Shown here piece after piece: positions 1 to 10,158 of a DNA stretch of 61,234 nucleotides. Positions within the stretch are counted from its first letter, which is position 1, and every line of letters starts with the position of its first letter. Made by a program: the position numbers and the translations under genes. The notes below the pieces were generated by a model. It was not told the origin of the DNA and ran no database searches. It saw only the letters and a list, made by a program, of their open reading frames with translations. Location: sequence record DRR378314_843; one strand, 5' to 3'.

Positions 1-24
1 GACGATCCAGAGAAAGAAGCTGCA

Positions 25-1014
25 ATGTTGCGTCGAATTGTGGAGACCAGCGGCCGACCGCTTTCCGTATCACTTGCTCAGGCAGATGTTGCTCCCAATG
101 GCTGGCGTCGCCTACTCAGCGCTATTGAACAAGCGGTCGAAGATGGCTTACCCATGCGCGCCCAGGTCGCGCCACGTCCGGTAGGCGTTCTGCTTGGATT
201 TGAACTGACGCTAAACCCCTTCAGCGCACACCCTACCTATCGAGAGATATCAAATCTGCCGTTCGAAGATCGGATTGCGCTATTGCGCGATCCCGCCTTC
301 CGAAAACGCCTTCTATCTGATGAGCCGGACACGGATAATCCGTTTTTGAAGGTAATGCTTCGAAGCTTCGGAAAGATTTTTCAACTGGACGCGCCGGTGA
401 ACTATGAACCAACAGCCGATCGAACGCTGGAAGCCATCGCCGCGCGCCGAGGCGTTTCCCCAGAAAAAGTGGCGCTGGATCTTATGCTGGAACGCGAAGG
501 CCGTGGTATGCTCTACCTTCCCTTCCTCAATTATGCGGGCGGGTCTCTTGACCCTTCCCACGACATGATGCTGAGCTCGGCAACGCTCCCCGGCCTTTCA
601 GATGGTGGCGCGCATGTCGGCATGATCTGCGATGGGTCCTTCACCACAACGATGTTAACCCATTGGGTTCGCGACCGGACGCGCGGCCCTCGCATTCCGA
701 TCGAGCACATTGTGCAGCGTCAGGCACGCGCCACTGCCGAGTGGATTGGACTGAACGACCGCGGTCTGATTGCACCGGGCTATCGCGCAGACCTCAATGT
801 CATCGACACCGCAAACCTGACATTACATCTGCCGGAAGTTACTTATGACTTGCCTGCTGGCGGACGTCGACTGATGCAGAGAGCCACGGGCTACACGGCT
901 ACAATCCTCAAAGGCCAGATCACTCACCGGAATGGAGACCCAACCGGCGCCCGGCCTGGAAGACTCGTTCGGGGTCCACAACAAGCGAACATTTCTGCGA
1001 TGGCAGCGGAATAG
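25..1014 (+). CDS. Amidohydrolase, N-acyl-D-amino-acid deacylase-like (C-terminal part; gene probably starts before the window)
   Basis: GLSDGGAHVGMICD and C-terminal RGLIAPGYRADLNVID...PAGGRRL...GARPGRLVRG motifs. The frame is open from the window edge. Confidence 0.8.
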   Translation: MLRRIVETSGRPLSVSLAQADVAPNGWRRLLSAIEQAVEDGLPMRAQVAPRPVGVLLGFELTLNPFSAHPTYREISNLPFEDRIALLRDPAFRKRLLSDEPDTDNPFLKVMLRSFGKIFQLDAPVNYEPTADRTLEAIAARRGVSPEKVALDLMLEREGRGMLYLPFLNYAGGSLDPSHDMMLSSATLPGLSDGGAHVGMICDGSFTTTMLTHWVRDRTRGPRIPIEHIVQRQARATAEWIGLNDRGLIAPGYRADLNVIDTANLTLHLPEVTYDLPAGGRRLMQRATGYTATILKGQITHRNGDPTGARPGRLVRGPQQANISAMAAE

Positions 1015-2403
1015 CTAGCTCTGCAGGCCAACCAAGGCTTTAGAGAAAGCCTCTGCACTGAATGGGCGAAGATCTTCCGCTTTTTCTCCAATCCCGATGA
1101 AATGGATCGGCAGATCGTATGCTTCCGCGATAGCAACGAGCACACCGCCCTTGGCGGTTCCGTCCAGCTTGGTCATCACCAGCCCGGTCACGCCCGCAGT
1201 GTTCTTGAAAGCCTCTACCTGCGACAAGGCATTCTGACCGACCGTGGCATCCAGAACGAGGATGACATCATGAGGCGCCGTTGGATCAAGCTTTCTGATG
1301 ACGCGGACGACTTTCTCTAGCTCCGACATCAGTTCTGTCTTGTTTTGCAGGCGTCCAGCCGTATCAACCAATACGAGATCGAGATCGTCGGCCTTCGCCT
1401 TTTCAATTGCCTCGTAGACAAGCCCTGCCGCGTCGGCTCCTGTCGGTTTAGACATTACGGGTATACCGGCGCGTTCACCCCATACGGTCAGTTGCTCAAT
1501 GGCCGCAGCACGGAATGTATCACCCGCCACAAGAAGCGCCTTGGCACCCTGTTCTGTCAGTTTTGATGCGATCTTGCCGATGGTCGTCGTTTTGCCAGAC
1601 CCGTTGACCCCAACAAACAGAACAATGCGAGGGCTCGGCCCTTCCGAGAAATCGACGATTTTCTCACGAGGCTTCAAAACGTCAGTAATTTCGCTGGCCA
1701 AAGCGCCCCGGATTTCATCCTCGGAGATTTCCTTGTCAAACCTCTCCTTAGACAGATTACTGGTCACGCGCATAGCGACCTTGGCGCCGAGGTCGGATGA
1801 GATCAAAAGATCTTCCAACTCCTCCAGCGTTTCATCATCAAGCTTTCGGCGTCCAAATACGGACAGTCCAGATGTCAGGCGCGACGATGACCTCGAGAGC
1901 CCTGAGCCCAACTTGGCCATGAAGCCAGGATCATTGGCCTCCGCCTCCATCGCGGCGCGCGCGGCCGCTTCGCGCTCCGCCCGGAGCCGCGCCGCCTCTC
2001 GGCGTTCTTCCAGCAGTTTTAGTTCTACTGCCGCCTTGGCTTGCGCCGCCTCTCGCTCTTCCTTCGCTTTGCGGGCTCGTTCAGCCTCTTCCGCCAATCT
2101 TTGAGCTTCAGCTTCGTCGGCCCGCGCCTGCGCGGCTGCACGCGCCTCTTCTGCCTTGCGTGCCTCCTCCTCCAGGCGCGCAGCCTCTTCTGCCGCAGCC
2201 GCAGCCTCCCGAGCCTGCCTTTCTTCCCACGCCCTGTTCGCCTCGGCGACCTTGCGCTCGATTTCTTCCTGTTCGGCAGCCTTTCGTGCAATTTCGGCTT
2301 CCTGCGCCGCCAGTTCCTCGGCAGACAGCTCTGGCGCCTCCATCGCGGCACCAGCGTCTTTCAGTTCCTGTTGCTTTTTTTTCTTACCGAACCAAAGGAT
2401 CAT
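1015..2403 (-). CDS. ftsY: Signal recognition particle receptor FtsY
   Basis: GVNGSGKTTTIGK, DTFRAAA, DTAGR and TKLDGTAKGG SRP-GTPase motifs, with a long E/A/R-rich N-terminal region. Confidence 0.97.
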   Translation of the reverse strand: MILWFGKKKKQQELKDAGAAMEAPELSAEELAAQEAEIARKAAEQEEIERKVAEANRAWEERQAREAAAAAEEAARLEEEARKAEEARAAAQARADEAEAQRLAEEAERARKAKEEREAAQAKAAVELKLLEERREAARLRAEREAAARAAMEAEANDPGFMAKLGSGLSRSSSRLTSGLSVFGRRKLDDETLEELEDLLISSDLGAKVAMRVTSNLSKERFDKEISEDEIRGALASEITDVLKPREKIVDFSEGPSPRIVLFVGVNGSGKTTTIGKIASKLTEQGAKALLVAGDTFRAAAIEQLTVWGERAGIPVMSKPTGADAAGLVYEAIEKAKADDLDLVLVDTAGRLQNKTELMSELEKVVRVIRKLDPTAPHDVILVLDATVGQNALSQVEAFKNTAGVTGLVMTKLDGTAKGGVLVAIAEAYDLPIHFIGIGEKAEDLRPFSAEAFSKALVGLQS

Positions 2404-3698
2404 GCGGTGAGAGCTCCGATCAGCTGTTTTCCATCATGCCGCACTATACGGGCGCGCACCGGGCGTCCAGCTTCGCCAGGTTCTTCCTCAAACCGCACGG
2501 GCGTGAAGTCTGGAAGGCGCGCTGACATTCCCCGCTCGACCAACGCATCTACGGTCTGGCCTTCATAGGTGCTCAGGTGACGAGCAAGTGCGGCCTCCCC
2601 CACTTCTCGCAAACGCGCGGCCCGCGCCTTGATAACCGACTTCTGAAGTTGAGGCATCCGAGCAGCCGGCGTGCCCGGACGTGGCGAATACGGAAAGGCA
2701 TGCACGAAGGACAAACCGCATTCTTCCACGAGCCTTATTGAGTTCTCGAAATGCGCTTCGGTTTCGGTTGGAAAGCCCGCAATGATGTCGGCGCCAAATG
2801 CCATATCCGGACGAATACTGCGCAATTGCTCCGTCAGTCTAACTGCATCGCTCCGGGAATGACGCCGCTTCATCCTTTTCAGGATCAAGTCATCGCCATG
2901 CTGCAAAGACAGATGCATAAAGGGCGCAAGGCGTTTGTCTGCCATTGTTTCCATCAGCGCGTCATCGATCTCTATGGCGTCGATCGAGGATATACGCAGC
3001 TGCTTCAGCTCCGGCACCAGCTTCAAAATGCGCTGCACCAGATTGCCGAGTTGCGGCGCGCCTGGCAGGTCCGCGCCCCAGCTGGTCAGGTCCACACCGG
3101 TTAGTACGACTTCATAGTGACCCGTCTCGACAAGGCGGCGGACTTGGCTGACCACCTCCCCTGCCGGCACCGAACGCGAATTCCCCCGGCCATAGGGAAT
3201 GATGCAAAACGTGCAGCGATGGTCGCAACCATTCTGCACCTGAACATAGGCACGGGCGCGGCCTTCCATGCCGTCAATCAGGTGCGCCGCCGTCTCCTGC
3301 ACTGACATGATGTCATTCACGCGGACCTTTTCGTGTCCGCCCAGCAATTCGGCTGGCCGCCAGGTTTCCGACTGCATCTTTTCATGATTGCCGATCACAC
3401 GCGTGACTTCCGGCATCTTAGCGAACATATCCGGGTCGATCTGCGCGGCGCATCCGGTCACCAAGATGGGCGCGCCTGGATTGTCCTTTGCAGCGCGCCG
3501 GATTGTTTGGCGCGCGCTTCGAACCGCTTCAGATGTTACCGCACATGTATTGATGATCACGGCATCATTCAGGCCAGCTTCCGACGCATGGCCGCGCATA
3601 ACCTCCGATTCGTAGGCGTTCAGGCGGCATCCGAGCGTAATCAGCTGCGGGCTGGAAGGAGCTTTGGCATCTGTCATGACTTTGATGTCAGCGGACAT
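2400..3698 (-). CDS. mtaB: tRNA t6A methylthiotransferase (MiaB-like radical SAM)
   Basis: TLGCRLNAYES, NTCAVT, TGCAAQ and CDHRCTFC (CxxxCxxC), plus YSPRPGTPAA. dapF-mtaB-ftsY order is typical of Alphaproteobacteria. Start uncertain (3722/3698/3677). Confidence 0.9.
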   Translation of the reverse strand: MSADIKVMTDAKAPSSPQLITLGCRLNAYESEVMRGHASEAGLNDAVIINTCAVTSEAVRSARQTIRRAAKDNPGAPILVTGCAAQIDPDMFAKMPEVTRVIGNHEKMQSETWRPAELLGGHEKVRVNDIMSVQETAAHLIDGMEGRARAYVQVQNGCDHRCTFCIIPYGRGNSRSVPAGEVVSQVRRLVETGHYEVVLTGVDLTSWGADLPGAPQLGNLVQRILKLVPELKQLRISSIDAIEIDDALMETMADKRLAPFMHLSLQHGDDLILKRMKRRHSRSDAVRLTEQLRSIRPDMAFGADIIAGFPTETEAHFENSIRLVEECGLSFVHAFPYSPRPGTPAARMPQLQKSVIKARAARLREVGEAALARHLSTYEGQTVDALVERGMSARLPDFTPVRFEEEPGEAGRPVRARIVRHDGKQLIGALTA

Positions 3699-3737
3699 CG
3701 CGCCGAATTGCCCACAGTTCAAGGTCTTTGGTGCGGG

Positions 3738-4187
3738 TCAGCCTGTGCAAGCGCCGGTCTTGTGTCCGCTGAACAACCCTATCATGCGGATCGAAACGCT
3801 TTCAGCTTCCCCCTCTATGATCATTGAGCCCTGAAGCGAATTGCGATCCGGCGCGACAACGATCAGTGCATCGCCCACCAGCTCAATATCATCCATCGTA
3901 CAGGAAAGATCGAAACTCAGATGGTTGTCACTGCCCCGAGAATCCAGGACATCGCAATTGTCGATCCCGATTGTATCGACATCCAGCCGCGTGTCTTCTT
4001 CACTCGCCCAACATTCCGTGGTGAATTCAAATTCGGGATCTATGTCCTGGCGCATGCCGAACATTGTGAGTTCGGGCACCATCGATAATGTTGTTTCCCA
4101 AGAGCCTTTGTTTACCGTAATGGCTTCTTGGCCAGAAGCGTGGCCGGTCAGAACAATACATAACGCGCCGATGACGAGTCGTCTCAT
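3738..4187 (-). CDS. Secreted hypothetical protein (DUF3617-like)
   Basis: Signal peptide, G-x-WE motif, spaced Cys residues and C-terminal TGAC. Confidence 0.6.
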   Translation of the reverse strand: MRRLVIGALCIVLTGHASGQEAITVNKGSWETTLSMVPELTMFGMRQDIDPEFEFTTECWASEEDTRLDVDTIGIDNCDVLDSRGSDNHLSFDLSCTMDDIELVGDALIVVAPDRNSLQGSMIIEGEAESVSIRMIGLFSGHKTGACTG

Positions 4188-4208
4188 GGCAGGATCCCGT
4201 CTTTTGTC

Positions 4209-5018
4209 TCAGATTTCCGTTTCGAATTCGAGTTCGACCGGTCCGGTCATATAAACACGGTCATCGGTTTCCCGCCATTCGATAGTCAATTCACCACCAT
4301 CAAGGATCAGTTTTGCCGTGCGATCTGTCAGTTTCGCACGGGCCGCGCACACCAAGGCTGCACACGCTCCAGTACCGCACGCTTTGGTCAATCCGGCGCC
4401 GCGTTCCCAGACGCGTAGGCGGATGGTCTGCCGGTCAATGACCTGCGCAAAGCCAACATTAACACCCTCAGGAAACGTCGGATGCCACTCAACAAGAGGG
4501 CCGAGCGCCCGGATATCATAATCGTCAACATTCTTGACGAAAAAGACCGCATGAGGATTCCCCATCGAGACAACCGCAGGCCGGGCCAGCCAGGGATTGT
4601 CGATCGGACCGATCTTCACATCCACGCCGCGCACATCCATTTTTTCAGAAAGCGGAATGTCTTCCCACCCCATCAGGGGCGAGCCCATATCGACCGTGAT
4701 CAGGCCGTTATCCGCAGAGAACGCCTTTAGCACGTCCGCCTCGGTCTGGATCGTCACCCGGTCCTTGCCAGTCTCGGCCAGAAGCAATTTTCCGACACAG
4801 CGCGTTGCGTTGCCACAGGCAGACACTTCAGTGCCATCTGCATTCCAGATACGCATGAAAACGTCGCGCGCAACGTCCCGCTCCAGTGCAACGACCTGGT
4901 CAGCCTTCATATCTTTGGCAATCTGGCGCACCTGATCTGTGCTCGGCACGAACGAAGTCGACCGCGCATCGAAAATGGCAAACGCGTTGCCCGCACCATT
5001 CATCTTCCAGACTTTCAT
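4209..5018 (-). CDS. dapF: Diaminopimelate epimerase
   Basis: KMNGAGN, ACGNATRC, SMGNPH and ERGAGLTKACGTGACA motifs. Confidence 0.97.
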   Translation of the reverse strand: MKVWKMNGAGNAFAIFDARSTSFVPSTDQVRQIAKDMKADQVVALERDVARDVFMRIWNADGTEVSACGNATRCVGKLLLAETGKDRVTIQTEADVLKAFSADNGLITVDMGSPLMGWEDIPLSEKMDVRGVDVKIGPIDNPWLARPAVVSMGNPHAVFFVKNVDDYDIRALGPLVEWHPTFPEGVNVGFAQVIDRQTIRLRVWERGAGLTKACGTGACAALVCAARAKLTDRTAKLILDGGELTIEWRETDDRVYMTGPVELEFETEI

Positions 5019-5078
5019 CCGTCAGCCCTTAAAGTGTTTATGTCGACCAGAAAAGTGGAACTTCGCGCGCGATAATCA

Positions 5079-5495
5079 TCACTTGGGAAGACCGAAGGAG
5101 ACAATCCAGCCCGAAACCTGGATCACAAGCGCCGTAATCAGCGCGCCGCCCACGAGCGGATGAGACACAAATATCGCAAGCGCGACCACTGACAGACAGG
5201 CATAATCAACCATATCACTCGACATCAGCCAGCCCTGCGGCTGTCGCGCGCGCCGCACATCGAACAGGGTCACACTACGCCAGACACGGCCCATATCCGG
5301 CGGACCGAACGCCTCCTGCAGTCTCTTTGGATCACGTATCCCCGTCATCTCCGCAAGGTCTGCAACCGTCGCCTCACCCAGCGCCACATTGCGCTTGCGG
5401 GCCGAGGTGCCGATCAGGCTGACAATCGCCGACAGCACCACCGCAAGCGCGATGGCGAACAGCGTGAAATCATCAAAAGGCCCGTATCCGCTCAT
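5079..5495 (-). CDS. Hypothetical membrane protein
   Basis: 138-aa ORF with three hydrophobic segments, co-oriented with its neighbours. Confidence 0.6.
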   Translation of the reverse strand: MSGYGPFDDFTLFAIALAVVLSAIVSLIGTSARKRNVALGEATVADLAEMTGIRDPKRLQEAFGPPDMGRVWRSVTLFDVRRARQPQGWLMSSDMVDYACLSVVALAIFVSHPLVGGALITALVIQVSGWIVSFGLPK

Positions 5496-5535
5496 GCGGT
5501 CTCATATAGGGAAGCGTTGGCGAAACGGAAGCGGC

Positions 5536-6588
5536 TTACCGTTTGCGCGGAATGGCGGCCCAATAGTCAAAGTCCAGCAACACGCCATCGGCGTATTTGC
5601 CATCATCTGTCTTGTAGGCGAACGCGCCCGGATCCTGATCTTTCACGGCGACGAGTCGAAGACGCAGTGCGCCGACGCTGTCAGATAGCTCAGCCTTTTC
5701 GAGCACTTCGCTCCAGGCATAAATCGTGTCTCCTGCGAACAGTGGGCTCGCATGGGTGCCGGCGTTGATCGCGAGCATGTGCCCGGCATTGGCCAAGCCA
5801 TTGAATGCCAGTGACCGCGCGATTGAAATGACAACACCGCCATAGATCAGACGCTTGCCGAACCGGCTCGACTTCTGACCATGCGCGTCAAAATGAACTT
5901 TTGCTGTGTTCTGATAGAGACGCGTCGCGATCTGATGCTCCGCCTCCTCCACAGTCATGCCGTCGACATGATTGATCTTCTCGCCGACCTCATAGTCTTC
6001 AAACATATGCTCGCTTCCGGAGAGGGATGTGTCCCAACTTTCCATTGCCGCGAAGCCAGATAGTTCAACGCCCGGCACGCTTTTGGGCAGGTCCGGGATC
6101 ACGGCTTCAGGCGCCGGAGAACTCGCATCACGCTTGTTGACCATCACCCAGCGCACAAAGGACATGACCTCTTCATCGCGCTGATTCGTGCCGCGAGTGC
6201 GAACCCAGACGACACCGGTCTTGCCGTTGGAGTTTTCCTTTACGCCAATGACTTCGGACACCGTATTCAAGGTATCACCCGGCATGACCGGCTGCGAAAA
6301 GCGACCGTCAGCGTATCCGAGATTCGCGACAGCATTCAGAGACACGTCTGGAACAGACTTACCGAAAACAACATGGAACGCGTGCAGCGGGTCTATCGAG
6401 AGGCCTGGATATCCGGCCGCCTTCGCGAACTCAGAAGAGGAATATTGCACGAAACGTCCGCCGGTGAGCGCGCGATAGAGCGCGATGTCGCCTTCTGTCA
6501 GCGTCTGTGGCGTTGCGTGCACAAGCGGCATGCCGACAGAAAAATCTTCGAAGAAATGGCCGGGATTGGATTTCGATTTGCTGGTCAT
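5536..6588 (-). CDS. Double hot-dog MaoC-family dehydratase, likely mesaconyl-CoA hydratase
   Basis: Two MaoC halves (GHFFEDF..., FEDYEVG...); FGKSVPDVSLNAVANLGY and QNTAKVHFD motifs. Lies next to a CitE/malyl-CoA lyase-like gene. Confidence 0.85.
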   Translation of the reverse strand: MTSKSKSNPGHFFEDFSVGMPLVHATPQTLTEGDIALYRALTGGRFVQYSSSEFAKAAGYPGLSIDPLHAFHVVFGKSVPDVSLNAVANLGYADGRFSQPVMPGDTLNTVSEVIGVKENSNGKTGVVWVRTRGTNQRDEEVMSFVRWVMVNKRDASSPAPEAVIPDLPKSVPGVELSGFAAMESWDTSLSGSEHMFEDYEVGEKINHVDGMTVEEAEHQIATRLYQNTAKVHFDAHGQKSSRFGKRLIYGGVVISIARSLAFNGLANAGHMLAINAGTHASPLFAGDTIYAWSEVLEKAELSDSVGALRLRLVAVKDQDPGAFAYKTDDGKYADGVLLDFDYWAAIPRKR

Positions 6589-6626
6589 ACGCCCCTCAGG
6601 TCAGTTGGGGGCAATATTTCCCGGCG

Positions 6627-6884
6627 TCAGGCCGCGACATGCCCCAGATACAGATCGGCGATCACCTGACCGTCACTGGCACTGGAAATCAAGGCCGGTG
6701 AGACGAAGGGCAGCAGGAGGATACCTATGGTAGCGGTCGCAAGCAGGCCGCACATCATCTGCTGCTCTCGATTCTCAGAAAATTCGTCCAGCATGCGCGG
6801 TCCGGCGAGCATGTATGGCACGCCCAGCGTGCAAAAAGCGGAGAAGGCAACCAGAAGGCCAGCAAGAATCATGAACACGATCAT
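6627..6884 (-). CDS. Small hypothetical membrane protein
   Basis: 85 aa with two hydrophobic segments; fills the gap between genes. Confidence 0.4.
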   Translation of the reverse strand: MIVFMILAGLLVAFSAFCTLGVPYMLAGPRMLDEFSENREQQMMCGLLATATIGILLLPFVSPALISSASDGQVIADLYLGHVAA

Positions 6885-6954
6885 GATCCTGCTGTGCCAG
6901 ACAGTGGTTGAGGCTTCGCGTGGAAGATCTGTGAAATTTCACAGACCTTCCCGG

Positions 6955-7302
6955 CTATTTCAGTTCGAGCATGGTCTCGATCGGGCGACCAAGCGCAGCT
7001 TTCTTGCCCTTTATCAGGATCGGTCTCTGGATGATCTTCGGGTTCGCAGCCATTGCCGCGTAAATTTCGTCGTCCGTTGATGTCGCATCAATGCCAACAT
7101 CCGTCGCGTTCTTGTCGCGCAAAAAAGCGCGGGGCGAGTCAGCCCCGAGTTTCTTGGCGATATCTCGCAACTCGCTTTCGCCAAGCTGCTCTGATGCGTT
7201 CATGTATTTTCGGATCTCTGGATCAATGCCGTTCTCCTGCAGAAGGGCGAGCCCCTTTCGGGATGTGCTGCAGCCGGAATGGTGAAGATATGTGTAGGTC
7301 AT
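6955..7302 (-). CDS. ArsC/Spx/MgsR family protein
   Basis: HHSGCSTSRKGL and NPKIIQRPIL...LGRP motifs. Confidence 0.88.
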   Translation of the reverse strand: MTYTYLHHSGCSTSRKGLALLQENGIDPEIRKYMNASEQLGESELRDIAKKLGADSPRAFLRDKNATDVGIDATSTDDEIYAAMAANPKIIQRPILIKGKKAALGRPIETMLELK

Positions 7303-7357
7303 GTCGATGCCTGAATGCGTAAGTGTTTACCCTGAAACTACCCGATATCGTGGCGCA

Positions 7358-8242
7358 TCACGCCTCGAAAGCGCGAATAGCCTTGTCCATCTCCACAGCG
7401 CGGCGGGCTTCTTCAAGATGCAGCAGTTCCGTCATTTTGCCATTCACCTTCAAAACGCCTTTGCCTGCGTTCTCGGGATCGGCAAAAGCTTCGATTACAG
7501 CTTGGGCATGCTCCACATCATGAGGGCTCGGGGCGAACACACGGTTTGCTGTATCGAGCTGCGAAGGGTGGATCAGCGTTTTGCCGTCGAAGCCCAGATC
7601 GCGACCTTGCTCGCACTCATCGATCAGGCCCTGCTCATTCTTGATGTCATTGTAGACCCCATCAATCGCGATGATGTTGTAGGCACGCGCGGCGGCCACG
7701 GACAGTTGAAGGGCCGTTTGAAACGCTAGGCGGTCCGGCGTCATCCGCGCGCGGTACTCTTTTGCAAGATCATTAGTGCCCATGACAAAAGTCGTCAGGC
7801 GCGTGCGGCCCACGGCTTCCGCGATGTCCTTGATGTTCAAAATGGCCTTCGGCATCTCAATCATAACCCAAAGCCCCATATCGGCAGGAGCCCCGGCCCG
7901 GCTCATCGCATCATCAAGACGGTCGATATCGCTGCCATCTATGACTTTCGGTGCCAGCAAGGCATGTGCGCCCGAATCCACCGCCATTTTAAGGTCTGCC
8001 TGCCCCCATTCGGTATCCAGACCGTTCATGCGGACGACGATTTCACGATGTCCGTAGCCGCCCCCCTGCATGGCAGCGCGGATCGTTTCCCTCGCCGCCT
8101 CTTTCGCGTCGGGGGCAACAGCATCCTCGAGGTCCATGATAACCGTATCGGCGGCGAGCGATTTGGCTTTCTCCAAGGCGCGCTCATTCGCACCGGGCAT
8201 GTAAAGGCAGGAACGGCGGGGACGGTGAAGCGCTTCAGGCAT
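7358..8242 (-). CDS. CitE-family CoA-ester lyase/thioesterase (malyl-CoA lyase/thioesterase-like)
   Basis: RRSCLYMPG, DLEDAVAP, MIE, GTNDL and GFDGKTLIHPSQ motifs. Start taken at MPEALHR. Confidence 0.9.
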   Translation of the reverse strand: MPEALHRPRRSCLYMPGANERALEKAKSLAADTVIMDLEDAVAPDAKEAARETIRAAMQGGGYGHREIVVRMNGLDTEWGQADLKMAVDSGAHALLAPKVIDGSDIDRLDDAMSRAGAPADMGLWVMIEMPKAILNIKDIAEAVGRTRLTTFVMGTNDLAKEYRARMTPDRLAFQTALQLSVAAARAYNIIAIDGVYNDIKNEQGLIDECEQGRDLGFDGKTLIHPSQLDTANRVFAPSPHDVEHAQAVIEAFADPENAGKGVLKVNGKMTELLHLEEARRAVEMDKAIRAFEA

Positions 8243-8333
8243 GGATGGGCATTTCCTCGATTGTTTGACTTGTTCGGCGAAAACAGGTGAACCGTCACTG
8301 TCCAAAGATCAATAGCTCCAAAGGTCGCCCTTC

Positions 8334-9437
8334 ATGACTGCATCCCCGATTGCTGGCATCGTCGAACCCGGATTTGAAACCGTCCGAGATGCGTTCGACA
8401 AGAACTTTTCGGATGGCGAAGAACTCGGCGCCGGCTTCGCGGTGATCAAGGATGGAGACGTTGTCGTAAATCTCATCGGCGGCTGGGCTGACCGCAAGAA
8501 GGAAGCACCCTGGACGAACGAGACGCTCGTGCCAGTGTACTCCACAACAAAGGGTATTGCTGCTCTCGTTCTGGCCCATCTGGTCGAGCGCTTGCCAGCG
8601 GGCTTCGAAACGGCTGTCGCAGATATCTGGCCAGAATTTTCAGCCAATGGAAAAGGCGATCTCACCATCGGACAGGTTGCCAGTCATCAGGCTGGCTTGC
8701 CGGGTTTCCCCGATGAGATCGATCCAGAACTCTGGCTGGATCCTCCCTCCTGCGCGGCCGCCCTCGCTGAACTCACTCCGATGTGGCCTCCCGGAAGCGC
8801 GCATGGCTACCATCCGTTGAGCTGGGGCTATCTGGTTGGAGAGATCGCCCGCCGCATAAGCGGAGAGACGCTGGGCACCACCTTGCGCAGCCTGTTCCCG
8901 AATATTGATTTCATGATTGGAACGCCCGCCAGCGAACACGATCGCTGCGCCGATATTCAGCGCCCGCGCGCCCTCGCCGACCTTGGCGAAATCACCCCGG
9001 CCCGGCGGGCCGCCTTTGTCAGCAAATGGTCTGCGCCCAATCGCGGCGGCGCCATCTGGCGAGAGATCGAAATTCCGTCAGCCAACGGCCACGGCACAGC
9101 CCTCTCTGTTGCCCAATTGTACGAAACCTACACAAAGGGCGGCGGCGCATTGATGAATGCGACGACATTCGATGCCCTCTCCTCGGCGCGGACTCATGGG
9201 CCAGATCTCGTCCTCCCCATGATCACGAGCTTCGGCGCGGGCATCATGCACAACACGCATGGCCTGTTTGGGCCAGAACCCACCACGCTCGGTCATTGCG
9301 GCTGGGGTGGCTCAATGGCCATTGCGGACCAGCGCAACGGATTAACCTGCGCCTATGTGATGAACCGTCAGTCCAACATCCTTGTCGGTGACCCACGCGC
9401 CGTGCGCCTTGTCGAAGCCGCCTATGAGTGTCTCTGA
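8334..9437 (+). CDS. Serine hydrolase/esterase, beta-lactamase-like family
   Basis: SxxK (YSTTKG), SHQAGL, WPPGSAHGYH and GHCGWGGS motifs. Confidence 0.9.
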   Translation: MTASPIAGIVEPGFETVRDAFDKNFSDGEELGAGFAVIKDGDVVVNLIGGWADRKKEAPWTNETLVPVYSTTKGIAALVLAHLVERLPAGFETAVADIWPEFSANGKGDLTIGQVASHQAGLPGFPDEIDPELWLDPPSCAAALAELTPMWPPGSAHGYHPLSWGYLVGEIARRISGETLGTTLRSLFPNIDFMIGTPASEHDRCADIQRPRALADLGEITPARRAAFVSKWSAPNRGGAIWREIEIPSANGHGTALSVAQLYETYTKGGGALMNATTFDALSSARTHGPDLVLPMITSFGAGIMHNTHGLFGPEPTTLGHCGWGGSMAIADQRNGLTCAYVMNRQSNILVGDPRAVRLVEAAYECL

Positions 9438-10064
9438 TTGATGTTGAACCACGTAGACTGGGTAGCTTTCCTGGTCGCCATGGCGGCCATTGAACTCACG
9501 CCCGGTCCGAACATGGGATGGTTGGCGGCATTATCCGCACAACGAGGGCGACGTGCCGGCATGTTGGCGGTCTGTGGGATCGCCCTTGGACTGACCGCCC
9601 AGTTAATGGCCGCAGCCACGGGCCTTTCTGCCCTGCTCGGGCAGATGCCTGTGCTGTACGAAATGCTCCGTTGGTCCGGGGTCGCCTTCATGGTTTTCCT
9701 CGCCTACGAAGCGTGGCAGGACACAGGCGAGACGTCGCCCCTCAATCGAAATAATGCGGATGGTTTCTGGCGCGGGTTGGTGGCAAACCTGCTGAACCCC
9801 AAGGCTTTGGTATTCTACGTCGTTGTCGTCGGACAATTCGCCAATGCCCAAGTCGGGCCGGTCTGGCTTCAGATCACCGCATTGGGGGTGATTCATGTCG
9901 CGATTGCCACCTTCATACACACCCTGATTGTTCTGCTGGGCGCACGCTTGGGCACTACACTTGAAACCTATCGAACCGCACCGGTCACCCGTGGCGTGTT
10001 CGCCATCATGATGCTGGCCATAGCCGCGTGGATTGCCGTCTCTACAGGGAACACGGGCAACTAG
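9438..10064 (+). CDS. LysE/RhtB family translocator
   Basis: TPGPNM and NLLNPKA motifs; about six TM segments. Confidence 0.9.
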   Translation: MMLNHVDWVAFLVAMAAIELTPGPNMGWLAALSAQRGRRAGMLAVCGIALGLTAQLMAAATGLSALLGQMPVLYEMLRWSGVAFMVFLAYEAWQDTGETSPLNRNNADGFWRGLVANLLNPKALVFYVVVVGQFANAQVGPVWLQITALGVIHVAIATFIHTLIVLLGARLGTTLETYRTAPVTRGVFAIMMLAIAAWIAVSTGNTGN

Positions 10065-10158
10065 TTGGCACGAAGATTGCGAGAATATGATCGGAGGCAA
10101 CTCCAATCATGCTAAATCCCCTTTGGCCTCGGCAAAATATTGCGCCGAGGCCCTTTTT

